The notes beneath the pieces were generated by a model. It was not told the origin of the DNA, did no database searches, and saw nothing but the letters and a program-made list of their open reading frames with translations. The position numbers and the translations under genes are program-made. Source: a virus. Taken from it: 64,000 nt of DNA. The stretch's first letter is position 1. Every line of letters starts with the position of its first letter. Location of the stretch: the IMG/VR virus record IMGVR_UViG_2700989538_000002; one strand, 5' to 3'. This document shows positions 1 to 8,404 of this stretch, piece after piece.

Positions 1-362
1 TTCCACATGGCGGAGAGTTTCCGCCGAATGGCCTGGTCTGACTCCCTCAGGGCCTTCTTGAGACAGTCGAAGGCGTAGGTACTGTCTATGTCGAATTCGC
101 AGATGGTCAGGTAGTTCACGAACTTTTCGCCGAAGACACAACTGGAGCCGAGGGTGAAAATCTCGTATCCCGGGTAATACCTGCGAAAGAAATCAAGTTC
201 CGTCAGGAACCAGTCTTCCAGTGCGGGTCGGCTGCTCTTCCCGTAGACGTTCTTGACGATGTCTGGCGTATATTCGAACCCTTCGCTGGTGCAGGTTAGA
301 ACGTTCTTCTCATCTTTGGCGATGACTATCCTGTTTTTTGCTCCTTTCGGTTCCTTTTTCAT
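1..362 (-). CDS. hypothetical protein, partial (runs off the window edge; N-terminus MKKEPKGAKNRIVIAKDEKNVLTCTSEGFEY...)
   Basis: Open frame on the minus strand from ATG at 360-362 (RBS-like AAGAAAAATG) to the window edge, at least 120 codons. Not in the ORF track because it is truncated. About 48% GC. Confidence 0.35.
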   Translation of the reverse strand, partial: MKKEPKGAKNRIVIAKDEKNVLTCTSEGFEYTPDIVKNVYGKSSRPALEDWFLTELDFFRRYYPGYEIFTLGSSCVFGEKFVNYLTICEFDIDSTYAFDCLKKALRESDQAIRRKLSAMW

Positions 363-787
363 TTTTCTTGTCCTTCGAGCGTCTGTGGAGGCCGGTTTAT
401 CGTGTTTTGGAATCTCTGTTTTAGGTTTCGCTTTCCAGGGATATAAGGCGCCGGCTTACCCTGTAGTGAGTGTCTAGCTCAAATTCTTTTTCTGTGCTGG
501 ACGAAAAGTATGCGTCGGTTTCTCGGAGGCTCGTTTTCTTGAACGGAGAGTTTCGAACCTGAATCCATGAATGTTTTCCTGCCAGTGTTCCAGAGCCTTG
601 TTGGCGGCAGAATCGAACGGTCTCATTAACAGATTCGGGAAATATCATTCCGCGCGTCCGCAGCCCAAAAGGCGGGCTGGCGAAGGTCGCCGGGTGCCGA
701 ACACGGTAGGGGAGGGAGCAGCAAGGCGAGCGGGCAACAGGAAGGCCCGGCGCTGGAAGAGCAGGCAAGGGGCTGGGCAAAGAAAAA

Positions 788-822
788 GCCCCTGAAGTTC
801 ATTAGGAAAATCAGGGGCTTAT
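788..822. terminator. palindromic hairpin (AGCCCCTGA...TCAGGGGCT), T-rich on the minus-strand side
   Basis: Perfect 9-bp stem seen in sequence. Lies in a roughly 540-bp non-coding gap downstream of the minus-strand gene 1022..1279. Confidence 0.3.
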
Positions 823-907
823 CGTTTGTATTTGGTGGGCCGGGGTAATCTGAAATGACTTCCTATCTTGCTGAAAAATATGTAGATTTTTCGGTTCAAT
901 TTTCTTT

Positions 908-947
908 TGGAATACCAATTGGAATACCGCTCGGCTGGATTTGAACC
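908..947 (+). repeat. two direct TTGGAATACC 10-mers (908-917, 919-928; 11-bp phasing) followed by GGATTTGAACC (937-947); candidate distal att/arm sites of island 1
   Basis: Near-identical 23-nt block TGGAATACCA(A/C)TTGGAATACCG recurs at 24947-24967 next to the integrase. GGATTTGAACC is identical to 11 nt of the tmRNA 3' fragment at 25095-25105. Confidence 0.45.
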
Positions 948-1021
948 TAGGATTTTCGACGATAGGTGAAGAGGTGTCCTTGCCTCTAGTCTGTGGTGCG
1001 GCTTGGTAACTCAGTTGCCGC

Positions 1022-1279
1022 TTAGGTAGCCACCTGCCTCAGTCTCGCCTCCATCCCCATGAGCCTCTCGATTACCTGTGCGCGCTTTATGCCATGCTTT
1101 TTGGCCAGTTCATCGATCTGATCAATCACAGCTGTCGGTACCATCACATTGAGCTGCTTCTTATCAACGTTGCGCTCGTCAAACTGCGGGCGGCTCCACC
1201 GTTTCTTGATCTCTTGGATCATCGCTTTCAGTTCGTAGCGGCCGAGGTTTCGCTGATCAAAGAAGAGCAACAACTCCAT
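1022..1279 (-). CDS. ribbon-helix-helix (CopG/Arc-like) DNA-binding protein, 85 aa
   Basis: C-terminal segment NVMVPTAVIDQIDELAKKHGIKRAQVIERLM has the beta-strand plus two-helix pattern of RHH domains. Confidence 0.5.
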   Translation of the reverse strand: MELLLFFDQRNLGRYELKAMIQEIKKRWSRPQFDERNVDKKQLNVMVPTAVIDQIDELAKKHGIKRAQVIERLMGMEARLRQVAT

Positions 1280-1454
1280 GTAGTCGCTGATGGGGAGCTG
1301 CCTTGAAACCTCCTTCTCAAGCTGGCTTAAATAGTTCTTCTCAATCCATTCCCACGCACAGATACATCGTTTTGTGCCTTCCTTTTTGTCTGCGAGCCAT
1401 TCGAGTTGGTGAGGTAGTGAAGGATTAAATGGGCCGCACGGTGGGTTGTGGATT

Positions 1455-2123
1455 TCAGTTTGTTAGTCTCGGATATAGCAGCTTTGCTATTCTTCTACTG
1501 TTTTGTATTCTTCTCTTTATATTAAGAAGGTCTTGTTCTACGAACTTTTCTGGGGCTATTTGCACGGCAGTAGTGATCTGTTTGGTTTTTAATGAATATA
1601 GCTCTGTTAGTGCGCTCTTTAGTAACTCTAATAATCGATCTGTTATTTTTCTCTCTTCAATTATAATGGTGGAGAATTTTTTCGTGTTTGTGTCAACTGA
1701 TTTTCTGGCTTTTTTTTGGGCTAGGCTTGCGATGCCTTGTTGGTTTCTAAGTAACTCATTTATCGTTTCGCTTCTATCTTTTCCTAGATCTTTTGCGGTT
1801 TTGTCTAGGAGTTTGACTTGAGTTCTTGTTAGCTTTGTTTGCACGTGTATCGGTGGCTCTTTCTCTTTGTTGCCTAGTTCCCTTTCGTCTCTCTTCTTAT
1901 ATTTGTTGTATAGTCTTTTTATTGATTTATTTATACTTCCTAAGTGCTTAATTTTTTCTATTGCGGCTCTTGCCTCTAAATGAAAGTGGTTGTCTCGGCT
2001 TTTTGTTTTTGAAAGTGTTCTTCTGAGTATTTCCATCTCCTCTGGGTGTTTATGTATCAGGTATTCGATGGTTTCCGTGGTGTGTTTTTGGTCGCTTGTT
2101 ATATATTCTATTATTTTGCTCAT
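1455..2123 (-). CDS. highly charged K/E-rich protein with a central RHH-like segment (TRTQVKLLDKTAKDLGKDRSETINELLRN), 222 aa
   Basis: AT-rich (about 35% GC) ORF in the track. Divergent from 2239..3432 across a repeat-containing intergenic region. Confidence 0.5.
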   Translation of the reverse strand: MSKIIEYITSDQKHTTETIEYLIHKHPEEMEILRRTLSKTKSRDNHFHLEARAAIEKIKHLGSINKSIKRLYNKYKKRDERELGNKEKEPPIHVQTKLTRTQVKLLDKTAKDLGKDRSETINELLRNQQGIASLAQKKARKSVDTNTKKFSTIIIEERKITDRLLELLKSALTELYSLKTKQITTAVQIAPEKFVEQDLLNIKRRIQNSRRIAKLLYPRLTN

Positions 2124-2238
2124 ATTAGTTTTTGCGTGATTATTTTTGCGTGATTTATTTTTAATTTATTGACTTTGACATGTCAAACGATTTTTTTTGG
2201 TTGCTTTTGACAGGTGTATTTTTGGTGATAAAATTGTA
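2124..2238. promoter_or_regulatory. divergent AT-rich control region: direct repeats TTTTGCGTGATT x2 (2130-2141, 2144-2155) and perfect 14-bp palindrome TTTGACATGTCAAA (2174-2187)
   Basis: Repeats and palindrome read directly from the sequence. Lies between two divergently transcribed genes. A TTGAC -35-like motif is present. Confidence 0.4.
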
Positions 2239-3432
2239 ATGGCGTCAATTCTTAGGGCTGCCTTTATGCTGTGTGGAGAGTCGATTAACGTCTTGCTCAA
2301 CGAAACGGCTCTAGTTGAGCCCTGGGCAAAATACGCGTGGGTGCGCTTAATTGCTTCCGATGCTGCTGAACGGATTTCCTCTGTTTCTGGTACGGAATTG
2401 TGCAAGTGGTATGGCGTTCCTAGAAAGAAGGTTTCTAGGGTTTTGGGCGCTTTGGAGAGTGCCGGTGTGTTGGAGAGGGTTTTGTCGACTTCATCTGGTC
2501 GGGGGCGGCCAGTAAAGAGGTATCGACTAGTAAGACACCCGCCCGCGCATGTGCCTGCTAGGGATTGGGAAAGCATTCATGATGAGAAGATCAAGCATCT
2601 TCTTCGGTATGAACTTTGTACCCCATCAGGTGAGTTGGAAAAATATTCCTCTGATCTTGGTCCGGCAAATGCTGCCAGGTTGGGGGAGGATAGTCTCTCT
2701 GTAGTCGACCGATTGATATTGGCAGTTTTGGTGTGTCACGCAAATGAGTTCGGGCTTGTTGCTGAGTTAGGGATGGCTGAAATTGCATCCGCGGCATGTA
2801 CTGGTCAGAGAGGAGTCAAGGGCTGTTTAGAGAGATTTACTGAGAGCGGTATTATCTCATGGCGGGTGCATGGCCTATCGAGCCCAATTTTAACTCGGAT
2901 GAAGGGGGTTTACCTCCTTAATTTGGAGCATGCATGTTTTGGGGGGAATAATAATGGACGTGCTGTAGAGAGGGAGATTAAGTTCTCGATACCCTATCCT
3001 GAGGAAGCTCATTTTATGGTTCGCAAGTGTTTTAAGGAGGAGCTGTTAAGGATAAATAAGTATATTGACTGGAAGATTTGTGAGTACGCAGCCTATTTGA
3101 TTAATGAATGCAAAATGCCTGAGAAGTACTCGCCTGCGGGTGTAGATATCAAGAGGGAGGTGATTTTTTCAGATTTTAAATTGGGAGCGAGTAATAAGTT
3201 TTCAGGTTGTAGTGAGGTTGAGCTGAAAGAAGCTTTTTTTGCTTTGGTGGATGATGTCAATTGGTACTCCTATAAGTTAGCCCATGAGATTTTGAGTCAG
3301 CTTTCAAGGTTGAATTTTTTTAAGGACGATGGAGGGTTCAAGATAACGGTAATTCCCCAGTATGTGCCTGCTCGCATGTCTGGGGGGGTGGGTAGGAATT
3401 ATGTATTGGTTTTAATTCGAAGTGTTTCGTGA
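2239..3432 (+). CDS. tandem winged-helix (wHTH) DNA-binding protein, RepA/initiator-like or regulator, 398 aa
   Basis: Two wHTH-like segments: ...VSRVLGALESAGVLERV...GRPVKRYRL and ...LILAVLVCHANEFGLVAELGMAEIA...ISWRVHG. ATG at 2239; the track ORF begins at a TTG at 2197. About 38% GC. Confidence 0.5.
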   Translation: MASILRAAFMLCGESINVLLNETALVEPWAKYAWVRLIASDAAERISSVSGTELCKWYGVPRKKVSRVLGALESAGVLERVLSTSSGRGRPVKRYRLVRHPPAHVPARDWESIHDEKIKHLLRYELCTPSGELEKYSSDLGPANAARLGEDSLSVVDRLILAVLVCHANEFGLVAELGMAEIASAACTGQRGVKGCLERFTESGIISWRVHGLSSPILTRMKGVYLLNLEHACFGGNNNGRAVEREIKFSIPYPEEAHFMVRKCFKEELLRINKYIDWKICEYAAYLINECKMPEKYSPAGVDIKREVIFSDFKLGASNKFSGCSEVELKEAFFALVDDVNWYSYKLAHEILSQLSRLNFFKDDGGFKITVIPQYVPARMSGGVGRNYVLVLIRSVS

Positions 3433-3516
3433 TTTGGGATAGCCGGGGGCTGTCATGGCCGGTCATTTTTTACAACCCCTGCCAATCCTCTGAACGAATA
3501 CCGAGGAGCCCCGTTC

Positions 3517-3747
3517 ATGAGGATCATCCGCCTGAAAGAAGTCATCGAATCGACTGGCCTAGCCCGGTCGACCATCTACAAATACATCGCTGAGGGCACC
3601 TTCCCGAAGCCGGTTTCGTTGGGAGACCGTTGCGTCGGCTGGGTCGACGGCGAGGTGCATGATTGGATATTGGCAAGGATTGAGGAGCGCGACTTGGCAG
3701 AGGGGAGCGCGGCGCGGTCTGCGCAGCATCTGAGTATGGCCAGTTAG
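3517..3747 (+). CDS. alpA: AlpA-family phage/island transcriptional regulator (MerR-like HTH)
   Basis: MRIIRLKEVIESTGLARSTIYKYIAEGTFPKPVSLGDRCVGW matches the AlpA signature. RBS GAGGAG 7 nt upstream of the start. Confidence 0.85.
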   Translation: MRIIRLKEVIESTGLARSTIYKYIAEGTFPKPVSLGDRCVGWVDGEVHDWILARIEERDLAEGSAARSAQHLSMAS

Positions 3748-4170
3748 AAACAGCCACTGCGCCATGACCGGCTGAGGCTGGTCGTGGCGTTTTATGCCGG
3801 GTCTTCTCCACAGTCTCTGGGATAGCCGGGGGGCAGCTTCTTGACGTTCCCCTTCCTGAATGCCCGAGCGATGCCGCTCCCATCGCTTGGGCTGCTTGAT
3901 GGATGCTGGGCTACGGCCTTCGGGTTTGGTTTATTTCCGAAATACAGATTGAGTAAAAAATGCTGCTGTAGCTTGGTGGTCGGATCGCTTATCCCAAGCT
4001 GATAAGGGCTGCTCATTTGCGGTGCGGGTAATATGCTTTTACTAGATACCAATACTTCTACTAACACCTACACCCGATTACCTGAAGCATTCTTTCTCAC
4101 TCGATCAATAGGAAACATCATCAGAGCAATCAAGTTCAGAACATCCTGAGAGAGGTAGCCATCCCCACAG

Positions 4171-4959
4171 ATGGCTACGCCACAAGGAATCAAGTCGGAC
4201 AGGTATCTGTTAAAAATTACACAGCTAGCACTGGTTATGAAACTCACACCAGAGGTCATAACCATGTTCGACGATCCCAATCAGCGTTACCGACTCCGTT
4301 ACCCTGCCAATACCAATCTCAGTCAGTACTACGATGAGACCTTTGAAGGCCTCCCCCTGATGCTCAGCAAGGGGCCTTTCATCCGAGAGCACTTGGCTCG
4401 TCTCAAGCGCACCATCGAGCTCGCCATGGCTCAATATCCAAGGGTATTAGCATTCAGGGTAGATCTCCGCTTACCCCAGGGTATCGATCTGCCTGACTAC
4501 GCCTATACGAACGAGGTCATTACTCGGTTCTTTGAATCGTTTACGAAGAAGATACAGCACCACCAGAAGAGAGTGGGTGAGCGTGGCTATGCTCGTGGCT
4601 GCAAGGTCCGGTACGTCTGGTCAAGGGAAGTCGGTCAAAGAGGCAGGAGGCCGCACTACCACTTGCTGATCCTCCTGAACCGTGATGCCTATTACACGGT
4701 AGGACGACTGCGTTCAGAGAGGGTGAACATGATCAGTCGTATGGAAGGCTCGTGGGCTGGTGCGTTGGGGATATCAGCCGATCAGGTGAAGGGGCTGGTG
4801 GACATCCCGAAGAATGCTGAATACCTACTCAACCGTGATGTCCGTCCTGATGATATCGATGAGCTGTCAGAGCTGTTCTATAGAGCCAGTTACCTGTGCA
4901 AGACCGCTACAAAGCGCTACGGGGATCGCCAGCGAGGCTTCGACACCAGCAGGGGATAG
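4171..4959 (+). CDS. YfjJ / inovirus Gp2-family protein (DUF3296), typical CP4-57-type island gene
   Basis: 262 aa with conserved segments RLAEHLARLKRTIE, VLAFRVDLRLP and HYHLLILLNRDAYY, recalled from this family. Lies directly downstream of alpA, as in CP4-57-like islands. Confidence 0.6.
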   Translation: MATPQGIKSDRYLLKITQLALVMKLTPEVITMFDDPNQRYRLRYPANTNLSQYYDETFEGLPLMLSKGPFIREHLARLKRTIELAMAQYPRVLAFRVDLRLPQGIDLPDYAYTNEVITRFFESFTKKIQHHQKRVGERGYARGCKVRYVWSREVGQRGRRPHYHLLILLNRDAYYTVGRLRSERVNMISRMEGSWAGALGISADQVKGLVDIPKNAEYLLNRDVRPDDIDELSELFYRASYLCKTATKRYGDRQRGFDTSRG

Positions 4960-5125
4960 GGTACGTCGATCCGCCGCTTGAGTGCGGCTTGGCATCGGGC
5001 CGAGGGACCGATGCCTGCAGGCGGGGCAATTGTTCCGTTTCCGCCTAGGGTGACGGGCAGCGTTGTCGTGCAGGGGCGTGATGTGGATGTCTGCGAGTGA
5101 GGTAGTAGGCGAGGACTGACAGCCC

Positions 5126-6586
5126 TTAGAACGGCGGCTCTATTGGTTCAGTGGGCAAAGCAGGCTGGCTACCGGCGAGGAGATCAAGTAGAGCTTTCAG
5201 GCGATCGACAAGCTCGTCAAACGTCACTACATGAACCCCCTGCAGGGTGTGTCGGTATTGCTCGAAGCCTTGGATCTGCTCCTCATCAGTCGGTTTGAGA
5301 CCAGCGACAACTACGCAGGCAATGGAGTGTGGGCGGAAGCCTTTACGGTCCAGTTCCGTTCCGATAAGCCTGAAGTTCTGCTGCAGCTCCGACCGCTGGG
5401 CGACGACTTGAGCAACGGCGCCACTAAGGTCATGGGAAGGCGGATAAATGCCGCGGTACACCGTCCCCACGAGCTGGGTGCCGGGGCGCTTGATCTCAAC
5501 CAGGGCCAGGTTGTTCGTTGCTGCCGCAGCCATCAAAAAGTCACTATGTGAGCCGCCACTCCCCCTGAACGACTTCCCGCCAACATAGGGAGTGTCCCCA
5601 ATTTTCACGACTGGGTAATGGAACGCCATGGTGAGGATGAAGGGGTTATCGGAAAGGAACGATTGCCATTTCGGCTCAGTGGTCGAGACGTCCAGCAGCT
5701 GTGTACAGCGATCAATCAGCTCACGGAGGCTGACCAGTTCGATGTTCTCCTTTAATCGTAGCAGTTCGGCCGGCTCTTCCTTGGCTAGCGACGTTGTGTG
5801 CTGCTGCACCAACTTCACAGCGGCTCGCTGATCTCGTTTGGTGAGCTTTATCCCGCCGCTGGCGGAAGACGTCATTTCAGCAAGGGTATCGGGTGGTAGC
5901 GATAGGTGCTCTTTCTGGAACGACTCTGGTGCAACCCTATGCAACAGAGTGTTGTGACAAATTGTCCGCTTCTCTTTCCGTGCTGCGCGCTGATGCCGCT
6001 CGGAGATCGACGTGAGTTGTTTCCGCAGCGCGTGGAACGTGTGCATGCCAAGTAGATAAAAGGGAGGGCGCGTAAAGTCCGTGCCTGGTTGATCAGCAGG
6101 AGCATGAAAGATGATGGTGTCGATATCCGGCATTTCCTGGATCGTGGTGATGATGCTGCGGAACTCCCATCGCAAGCCCAGCCCATACCTCCAGTCCTTG
6201 TAGAACCCTGCCGGGAGACCTTCTAACATGTCCTCCAGCATGCCGTTGTCAGTTGGTAGCTCGTATTCATCATCAATGGGCTTGTAAATCATGATTCGGC
6301 GGATGCTATCGAACAGAGGCTTTCCGTAATCTCGATGGCCAAAGCGTTGCTGAATGGGCCAGATCGTCAGCATTTCAGTGGTCACATTCATGATGTGCAG
6401 CCATGGATCAGCACCAATCGCCGTCCCGTCTGGAACAGGAACGTCCGAATAGAAGACGTCGACGCCGGCAATGGTTTCTCCCGGCTTAGCGGGCAGCCCA
6501 GTATCGTCAAGTGGGAGTAGAGCCAAGAAGGGGCCGCCGTCAGTGCGCTGAGCTTGACGGTACTCACTGTTCGTAACGGAGGCCAT
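5126..6586 (-). CDS. Shedu-like (DUF4263) protein: C-terminal PD-(D/E)xK nuclease domain with a long unassigned N-terminal region
   Basis: C-terminus has ...SDFLMAAAATNNLALVEIKRPGTQL... (D-x20-E-I-K), preceded by EPKWQSFLSDNPFIL, a DUF4263-like pattern. Best start is ATG at 6584-6586 with an AGGGAA RBS; upstream candidates are TTG or lack an RBS. Confidence 0.45.
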   Translation of the reverse strand: MASVTNSEYRQAQRTDGGPFLALLPLDDTGLPAKPGETIAGVDVFYSDVPVPDGTAIGADPWLHIMNVTTEMLTIWPIQQRFGHRDYGKPLFDSIRRIMIYKPIDDEYELPTDNGMLEDMLEGLPAGFYKDWRYGLGLRWEFRSIITTIQEMPDIDTIIFHAPADQPGTDFTRPPFYLLGMHTFHALRKQLTSISERHQRAARKEKRTICHNTLLHRVAPESFQKEHLSLPPDTLAEMTSSASGGIKLTKRDQRAAVKLVQQHTTSLAKEEPAELLRLKENIELVSLRELIDRCTQLLDVSTTEPKWQSFLSDNPFILTMAFHYPVVKIGDTPYVGGKSFRGSGGSHSDFLMAAAATNNLALVEIKRPGTQLVGTVYRGIYPPSHDLSGAVAQVVAQRSELQQNFRLIGTELDRKGFRPHSIACVVVAGLKPTDEEQIQGFEQYRHTLQGVHVVTFDELVDRLKALLDLLAGSQPALPTEPIEPPF

Positions 6587-6834
6587 TCTGGATTCCCTGA
6601 AAGCTGGCATTGTCGGGAGGGTGGCAGCGAGCCGATGCGACGTCAACGTGCTGCTCTAGCCTGAGTCAGTACCTTCACAGGTGACCTTATTCGGGAAGAA
6701 TGCTCTTCGGGATGCATCCGAGGAACATTTGTTCCTTTGTACCTTTTCTGGACAGCGTCAAACCAGACTCATGACAATGTCGCATCGGGCTGTTGCCCAG
6801 CTTTGGGCAACGCCTCCAGAAAGGAACTCATGCC

Positions 6835-7194
6835 ATGCTCTACCTTGTCGATATGCAGCCGCGCCATTGCCCTAAATGTGGAAAGCCCATGGAACCAAGG
6901 CTGCATGGCTGGGAGGCGCAGGACGATTTCTACAACGCCAAGCGGCCCTTCCTCTGCGACTGCGGTGCGCGCTACCTGATCAAAGAAGCGGTTGTTGCCA
7001 ACGCCTTCGACCAGGCCGATACGGTCGGCGGTGACGCTGGTTATGATCGCGCCGCCAAGGTGAACCTATTGTCCGAGCTGTATGTGATTCTCGGAGCCCT
7101 CGATGCTCCGGAGGCGGTGCTGGATCAGGTGTTGGCGGCAGTCGAGGGCGACGTCCTTCCTTATCCTTCACTATTACCTTTCGAGAATCGCTAA
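6835..7194 (+). CDS. hypothetical protein with Cys4 zinc-ribbon (CPKCG...CDCG), 119 aa
   Basis: RBS AAGGAA 8 nt before ATG 6835. Convergent with the Shedu-like gene. Confidence 0.4.
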   Translation: MLYLVDMQPRHCPKCGKPMEPRLHGWEAQDDFYNAKRPFLCDCGARYLIKEAVVANAFDQADTVGGDAGYDRAAKVNLLSELYVILGALDAPEAVLDQVLAAVEGDVLPYPSLLPFENR

Positions 7195-7511
7195 TGGACA
7201 GAATTCACTGGTTTGCCGTCTCCAACCCCGAGCAGAAGCGCTTCCCTGAGTGGCGACGCTCCTTCGGCATCAGCGACAACGGCACCGTCTTTGTACCGGC
7301 CGCAATGGCCGGCGATGATTCGGAGTTGCACGTCATGCTCTGCGCATCTGCTGACGGGCAGAGCACCACGGTGCACCTCGATCATCACTTCGTACCCAGC
7401 GATTGGCTCAAGCGCGAGTTTCCCAAGCATTTCGAGTTGATCGAGATTATCGAGTCCCGTGCGCAGCTCACCTTGGCTGCCGCTTTCCAGCAGCAGGAAG
7501 CTCAGCGATAG
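7194..7511 (+). CDS. hypothetical protein, 105 aa
   Basis: Start overlaps the previous stop (TAATGG). ORF in the track. Confidence 0.35.
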   Translation: MDRIHWFAVSNPEQKRFPEWRRSFGISDNGTVFVPAAMAGDDSELHVMLCASADGQSTTVHLDHHFVPSDWLKREFPKHFELIEIIESRAQLTLAAAFQQQEAQR

Positions 7512-7644
7512 GATTGAGCCATTTATTACGCCGCTTGTTGACGCTCAATCGGATAGACCGGGCGTGCTGTACCCGTTACTAAAATGGCGAAAATCGACCC
7601 GTTAGGCCGCATCGGCTGTGGGGCGGTCTGTCCTGTGAGGGTGG

Positions 7645-8247
7645 TCATTCCAATAAGGGGGCGACTGCTTCCTTACCGTAGACATAGCAGACCCTCTGGC
7701 CTAAAAGCTCGCCAGGCATGATCAGGTCATTCCGGACCAGGTCCTCGATGGTTGCGACCCAGGACTTGCCATGCGGCCAGCCATTCGCTTTGGCTGCAAG
7801 CAGGCTGCATACGGCTCGTTGCCGCTGCCTTGGCCCAAGGCTTGATCGAAGCAACCCAAACCCCCGGAGCAAACGGCTTAGACCGGCCACCTGCCCGCGT
7901 CGGATAGGTGTGCTGGTCGCCAATTCTGCGATGAGCTGCAGTCCCCCTGCCTCCTGATAGCGCTCGTCACCCTCCAGGTATTCGGTCAAGGTAATCACGT
8001 CTATCGGCGAGCCTTCGCTCATCAGCTCTTCCATGGCGAGGTAGATTCGGCAATTGACGTATCCGGCGAAGTCCCCAGGGTTGAGTTTTTCCTTGGCAGC
8101 ATCCCACCAGGCGTCGCTGTTGAGCATCAAATACCCCAGCAGGTATTTTTCTGCCAGCTCCGCAGTTGCTTCGAATATGGGACCCAAGCCGTCTTCCATT
8201 TCCATGTCGGTCTTCCGGGCAGTACTGACAGGGGGCTTCGACAGCAA
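7645..8247 (-). CDS. stand-alone DnaB-helicase-N-terminal-domain-like protein, 200 aa
   Basis: Segment LGYLMLNSDAWWDAAKEKLNPGDFAGYVNCRIYLAMEELMSEGSPIDVITLTEYLEGDERYQEAGGLQLIAELATSTP follows the DnaB N-terminal domain pattern. No ATPase domain is present. Confidence 0.45.
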   Translation of the reverse strand: MLSKPPVSTARKTDMEMEDGLGPIFEATAELAEKYLLGYLMLNSDAWWDAAKEKLNPGDFAGYVNCRIYLAMEELMSEGSPIDVITLTEYLEGDERYQEAGGLQLIAELATSTPIRRGQVAGLSRLLRGFGLLRSSLGPRQRQRAVCSLLAAKANGWPHGKSWVATIEDLVRNDLIMPGELLGQRVCYVYGKEAVAPLLE

Positions 8248-8404
8248 TCAAGCGACAATGCTCCGTCTCGCTCATGGCTGATGATTCCATTGAGCTGAAT
8301 CGGCATTTAGGCGTGAAGCGGGTCAAGCTCTCGCCCCCTCGTTGTTGACCTGCGGTTGAGCCTTCGGCAGGCTCGTCAGGATTTACACCCACGGATGACC
8401 ACGC

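Noticed and set aside
253-477. 74-aa plus-strand ORF at the left edge
   Set aside because: It overlaps the better-supported minus-strand partial CDS (1..362). It is hydrophobic and low-complexity and has no RBS.
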